From a virus (lineage: Duplodnaviria; Caudoviricetes), in IMG/VR virus record IMGVR_UViG_3300031277_000002, positions 1 through 61,854 of that record: DNA of 61,854 nucleotides. The stretch is one strand, 5' to 3'. Below, piece by piece: positions 57,997 through 61,854 of the stretch. The position numbers were made by a program, and so were the translations under genes. Each line of letters starts with the position of its first letter. The stretch's first letter is position 1. Below the pieces are notes generated by a model, which had not been told where the DNA came from, did not search any database, and saw only the letters and a program-made list of their open reading frames with translations.

Positions 57997-58184
57997 AAAA
58001 TATAAAATTTGATTGCCCTTTTTGTGGTAAAACTCTTATAGAAAGCAATCAAAAAAGCTTTTCACCTAGAGACCTTATTATAAAATCAAAATTAGTTTTT
58101 TTAAACGAAGACGGAAAAATTCTTTGTAAATGTGTATGTAAAAAAGTAGTATCCCTTCCTTTAAACTTCAACAAAAAAAAATAA
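57984..58184 (+). CDS. Zn-ribbon protein
   Basis: CPFCG...CKC.C. Confidence 0.6.
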   Translation: MQKMKNIKFDCPFCGKTLIESNQKSFSPRDLIIKSKLVFLNEDGKILCKCVCKKVVSLPLNFNKKK

Positions 58185-58211
58185 AAATATAATTTATTTT
58201 TTAAAAAAATA

Positions 58212-58221
58212 TGTTATATTT
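58212..58221 (+). promoter_or_regulatory. Putative late promoter TGTTATATTT
   Basis: Matches the element before the portal gene. Confidence 0.5.
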
Positions 58222-58296
58222 TAGGTATAAAGACAGATAAGTCTAATTATTTATAATTACGTTTATAAATTTTTAGACATATCTGTCTTTTTTTGT

Positions 58297-59184
58297 TTGG
58301 AGAAAAAGCAAATGAATATAAATTATAATTACCCAGCAACGTTAATCAAATCTGGCAAAGAAAGCAACGGAAGAATACCTATTGAAATAGTACCTTCTCA
58401 GCCGTCTATAGATAGGGTAAATGACAAAATAGTATTAAAAGCATTTGAGGACGCTAGAGATTCTTTTTTAGATGAAGGAATTATTGATTATGACCATCAA
58501 TCAGTGTTAGGAAAATCAAAATTAGAAAAAGCTCAAGCAATAATAGGAGAACCTGAAGATTTATATATTAATTTAAATAAAAAAATTCCAATATGTAAAG
58601 CAGCTTTATTCAAAGGAAATGTTTATGTTGACACTGTAATAATGCCAGCTTTGGAAAATGATGGAAAAGTTTTTGGAGCCTCTGTAGGTGGAAAAGTATT
58701 AAGAAAATCTTTTGAAACCGACCCAGAAACAAAAAAAGAAATAAATAAAATTTCTAAAATATTGTTAAAACATATAGCAATCACACCCAGGCAAAATGCT
58801 GTACATCCAGAAACTTCTGTAAAATTATTAAAATCATTTGGAGAAGATTTTGAATTAATTTTAGATAATTTTGATGGTTTTTTAAAATCATTTTCTGATA
58901 AAGATTTTTTAGCAAAAACGCTAATGGCGGGGTCAGCAACAAATATTTCTAATATGTCAGGCGGACAAGTAATACAAAAGCAATCTTTAGAGGGTGTAAA
59001 TTACGGAAAAATAAAATCAGCTTTGCCATTTATTTTGGACGGATTAGGCAATATTTTTGAAAAAAACAAATCTTTTGATGATTGGGAAAAATATCTTATT
59101 TTTAGAGGATTTTCTAAAAAAGAAGCTATGGAAATTATTCGGCTTTTAGCTGAAAATAAAGCTAAAATTGTTGAATTAATATAA
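58297..59184 (+). CDS. Prohead protease
   Basis: S...DRVNDKI, IDYDH, IIGEP, GASVGG, IAITP..AV.PET; position. Confidence 0.82.
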   Translation: MEKKQMNINYNYPATLIKSGKESNGRIPIEIVPSQPSIDRVNDKIVLKAFEDARDSFLDEGIIDYDHQSVLGKSKLEKAQAIIGEPEDLYINLNKKIPICKAALFKGNVYVDTVIMPALENDGKVFGASVGGKVLRKSFETDPETKKEINKISKILLKHIAITPRQNAVHPETSVKLLKSFGEDFELILDNFDGFLKSFSDKDFLAKTLMAGSATNISNMSGGQVIQKQSLEGVNYGKIKSALPFILDGLGNIFEKNKSFDDWEKYLIFRGFSKKEAMEIIRLLAENKAKIVELI

Positions 59185-59205
59185 ATAAAAAATGGAGGAC
59201 ATTAT

Positions 59206-59919
59206 ATGAATAATGATCAAAATAACAATACTAATCCTGGAGATGATGTTCAGGATGTAGATCTTCAAAAATCTCTTGATGAAAATTTAGAGGCTATGAA
59301 TACATTGTTAAAAGCAAAAAACAAAAAAGAATACTCTGAAGAAGAAATTAAAGAAATGATGAAAAACAAAAAAGCAAAAGAGTATATGAAAAAAGAACTT
59401 AAAAATGAAGATGATAACGAAGATGAAGATGATGACGTTAACAAATCTTTTTCTGACGATGGGGCTGAAGTTTTTGAAGCTGATGAATTTTTAAAATCTA
59501 TTGAAAAAAAACTTAATTCTTTAATAAAAAGTGTTAAAGAAATTTCTGAAACAGTTGAAGACCTTCAAAAATCTTTTAACGAAAATCAAGATCTTCAAAA
59601 ATCTTTTGGCGGAGTTTTGAGTTCTCAGTCAGAATTAATCAAATCAATTAATGAAGAAGTTGAAAAAATTGGATCGGCCCCAACTCCAGTAAAAGGTGTT
59701 GTAAATAAATCAGACCTTTTTAAATCAGCTCTTGGTGATAATTTTGAAGAAGAGTCAAAATTACTTAAATCTTCAGTAGGTAAAGTAAAACAAGTTCTTT
59801 TGAAGTCTTTTCAAGATGGAGAAATAAACGGCACTTCAATTTCAAGATGGGAACAATCAGGTTATGATTTAAGCGTTTTTTCAAAAGAAGAAATTGAAAA
59901 AATTGAATCAAAACTTTAA
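59206..59919 (+). CDS. Capsid scaffold-like protein
   Basis: Acidic coiled coil with many LxKS motifs, between protease and capsid. Confidence 0.7.
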   Translation: MNNDQNNNTNPGDDVQDVDLQKSLDENLEAMNTLLKAKNKKEYSEEEIKEMMKNKKAKEYMKKELKNEDDNEDEDDDVNKSFSDDGAEVFEADEFLKSIEKKLNSLIKSVKEISETVEDLQKSFNENQDLQKSFGGVLSSQSELIKSINEEVEKIGSAPTPVKGVVNKSDLFKSALGDNFEEESKLLKSSVGKVKQVLLKSFQDGEINGTSISRWEQSGYDLSVFSKEEIEKIESKL

Positions 59920-59955
59920 TAAATTTTTTAATTAAATTAAAAAGGGAGAAATTAT

Positions 59956-61434
59956 ATGAATAATATTTTTAATAACCACGAAGATGCTTTTAGTGGCTAT
60001 GGAGAAAGTTCACAAAAAGAGGTTCAAGATTTAATCAAAGCTCTACAGGCTCAAGAAGGCGTAACAGATATAGCAAACCTAAAGCAAGGTGGAGCTTTAC
60101 AACCACAAAATTTAGAAACAGAGTTGGTGATGTTAACTTTTCAGGACAAACATTTGAAGTTTTACAAAGATATTGGAGTTAACAGAGCTTTTTCTACTTT
60201 GGAAGAATATTCTTCTCAAGATGGTTACGGAACAGAGGGCGGATTTGTTGGACAATTAGAAAACCCAGAAAGTGGAGATCCAGATTTCAAAAGAGAATAC
60301 GCTGTAATAAAATATGTAAGGGAATCATGGCAGGTTTCTGATGTTCTCGCTTATACAAAAACTATAGCAGACGCAGAGATAAAATCTGTTCAAGCTGCAA
60401 TGATGAGAGCGTTAAGAACTATTGAAAGGACTCTGTTTTTTGGAAATTCTTCAACCATTCCTACAAGTTTTGATGGACTTGAATACACAATTACTTCAAA
60501 AGGTGATTCTTATCAGGTTATAGACCTTAGAGGAGCTACAATTTCAGAAGCTAACATGAAACAAGGAGCGGAAATTATTACTGCTAATTACGGTACGCCA
60601 ACTTCCATGTATACATCATTAAGTGTACAAACTACAATTGATCAAATTCTTGGAAACACAACTAATCAAAGGCTTAATATTGAGCAACTTGGCGGAAACG
60701 GTAAAATGGCTCTTGGAAGTTCTGTTTCGTTAATGAGAACAGCATTTGGTAACTTCGATTTAAAACCGGACATTTTTGTTAACCCAGAAGCTGCAGGCGT
60801 TCCTAAAATAAAAAATTCTTCAGGAACAATAGTAGAAGGTGCAACTTCGGCAAAAGCACCAGCAACGCCCTCTTTTGCTTTAGCTGCATCAGGTGTAGCA
60901 GCTACAGGGTCACTTTGGGCCGCATCAGGATCAGGTGGAGCGATTGCAGGAGCATATCAATATAGAGTTTGTGCAATTAACCAATATGGAAAATCAGCAG
61001 CAGCGGTAGCACAATCAGAAACATCAGTAGCCGGACAAAAAATTACAATCACTATTACTCCAGGAGTAGGAGCTTATGCAGCTACAGGTTATGAAATATA
61101 CAGAGAAACAACCCCAGGAAGCGGTGTAATAAAATTAATGAAAGTTGTTGCGGATTCAGGAGCAGCCACTACGGCTCATGACGACTTAAACCTTGATTTG
61201 CCCGGAACATCAAAAGCTTTTCTTATCGATAATACAACTATAGGTGCAGAAAGAACTATGACTCTTTCTCAATTAGCTCCTATGCATAAAGTTCAATATG
61301 CAAAAATCGGTCCTTACAGATGGGGTACTGTAAACATGTATTGTGTGCCAAAATGGTACGCCCCAAAACGTTACGTTATGTTCAAAAACGTTGGTGTTCA
61401 GAAAATAATTCAAAACGAACTAATCAATCTGTAA
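59956..61434 (+). CDS. Major capsid protein (Twort/SPO1-like) with Ala-rich Ig/Fn3-like insertion
   Basis: DLIKAL, GGALQ.Q.LE, LTF, S..EEY, LFFG.S.....FDGL; insert YQYRVCAINQYGKS...GYEIYR. Confidence 0.88.
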   Translation: MNNIFNNHEDAFSGYGESSQKEVQDLIKALQAQEGVTDIANLKQGGALQPQNLETELVMLTFQDKHLKFYKDIGVNRAFSTLEEYSSQDGYGTEGGFVGQLENPESGDPDFKREYAVIKYVRESWQVSDVLAYTKTIADAEIKSVQAAMMRALRTIERTLFFGNSSTIPTSFDGLEYTITSKGDSYQVIDLRGATISEANMKQGAEIITANYGTPTSMYTSLSVQTTIDQILGNTTNQRLNIEQLGGNGKMALGSSVSLMRTAFGNFDLKPDIFVNPEAAGVPKIKNSSGTIVEGATSAKAPATPSFALAASGVAATGSLWAASGSGGAIAGAYQYRVCAINQYGKSAAAVAQSETSVAGQKITITITPGVGAYAATGYEIYRETTPGSGVIKLMKVVADSGAATTAHDDLNLDLPGTSKAFLIDNTTIGAERTMTLSQLAPMHKVQYAKIGPYRWGTVNMYCVPKWYAPKRYVMFKNVGVQKIIQNELINL

Positions 61435-61450
61435 AAGATTCAAAAAATAA

Positions 61451-61482
61451 AAACAGGGAAGTTTTTTCTTCCCTGTTTCTTT
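61451..61482 (+). terminator. Intrinsic terminator after the capsid gene
   Basis: AAACAGGGAAG/CTTCCCTGTTT followed by a T-rich tail. Confidence 0.75.
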
Positions 61483-61495
61483 ATAAGGAAATAAA

Positions 61496-61774
61496 ATGAA
61501 AATTCCAGTATTAACAAAAAATGATTATTATGATTGGGGCCAAAACAAACAAGATTATTTAGTAGGTGATGGAGAGGTAAAAAGTGAAAAAAGTGTATAT
61601 TTTATTTCTGATGTATTAGGAACAGATGTAACTATATCAGATAAAGATAGTAACGCTTTGTTTACTGTTTCTAATTATTCTTTTTCAAAACCTCTTAGGT
61701 TGGAAGGTGGATTTGAAGCTTCAGGAACTAACACTTTTGTAGTTTATCACACTGTATTAAAAGGTGCTATTTGA
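61496..61774 (+). CDS. Hypothetical virion-region protein
   Basis: AAGGA RBS. Confidence 0.6.
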   Translation: MKIPVLTKNDYYDWGQNKQDYLVGDGEVKSEKSVYFISDVLGTDVTISDKDSNALFTVSNYSFSKPLRLEGGFEASGTNTFVVYHTVLKGAI

Positions 61775-61854
61775 TAATGGAAATTAAAAAATATTTATTT
61801 ACATCAGAAGAGCTTTCCAAATATACTTTTGACTCAGATAAAATAAATGTAATT

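Noticed and set aside
1-61854. Stop-codon reassignment, DGR or retron
   Set aside because: Long conserved genes translate intact in the standard code, and I found no reverse transcriptase or adenine-variable repeat pair.

Overview
This AT-rich window looks like part of a large lytic tailed-phage genome, with SPO1/Twort-like (Herelleviridae-style) head genes; essentially all genes are on the + strand. The order is: replication/recombination block (dnaE 3' part, SSB, RecA, SbcD/SbcC, 5'-3' exonuclease, UvrD-like helicase, resolvase); terminase large subunit with a mini-intein; ThyX-like gene plus an HNH endonuclease; DNA ligase; two sigma70-family factors; four orphan DNA methyltransferases; tRNA-Tyr; dUTPase and dCTP deaminase; many small hypothetical genes; then portal, polyvalent head-associated proteins, prohead protease, scaffold and major capsid. 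The most interesting signals are ones the ORF track misses. (1) A radical SAM gene is translationally coupled to a 36-aa peptide carrying a duplicated SGHCD core, a RiPP-like pair. (2) Repeated promoter/small-ORF cassettes are punctuated by two twister ribozymes and a hammerhead ribozyme, and one ORF is bracketed by ribozymes on both sides. (3) Several tRNA-scaffold-like RNAs share GTTGCTATG...CATAGCAAC closing stems, next to a further multi-hairpin ncRNA candidate. (4) Two methyltransferases and an HNH gene carry insertion scars made of duplicated neighbouring gene ends. All protein family calls come from motif recognition by eye, not database searches.
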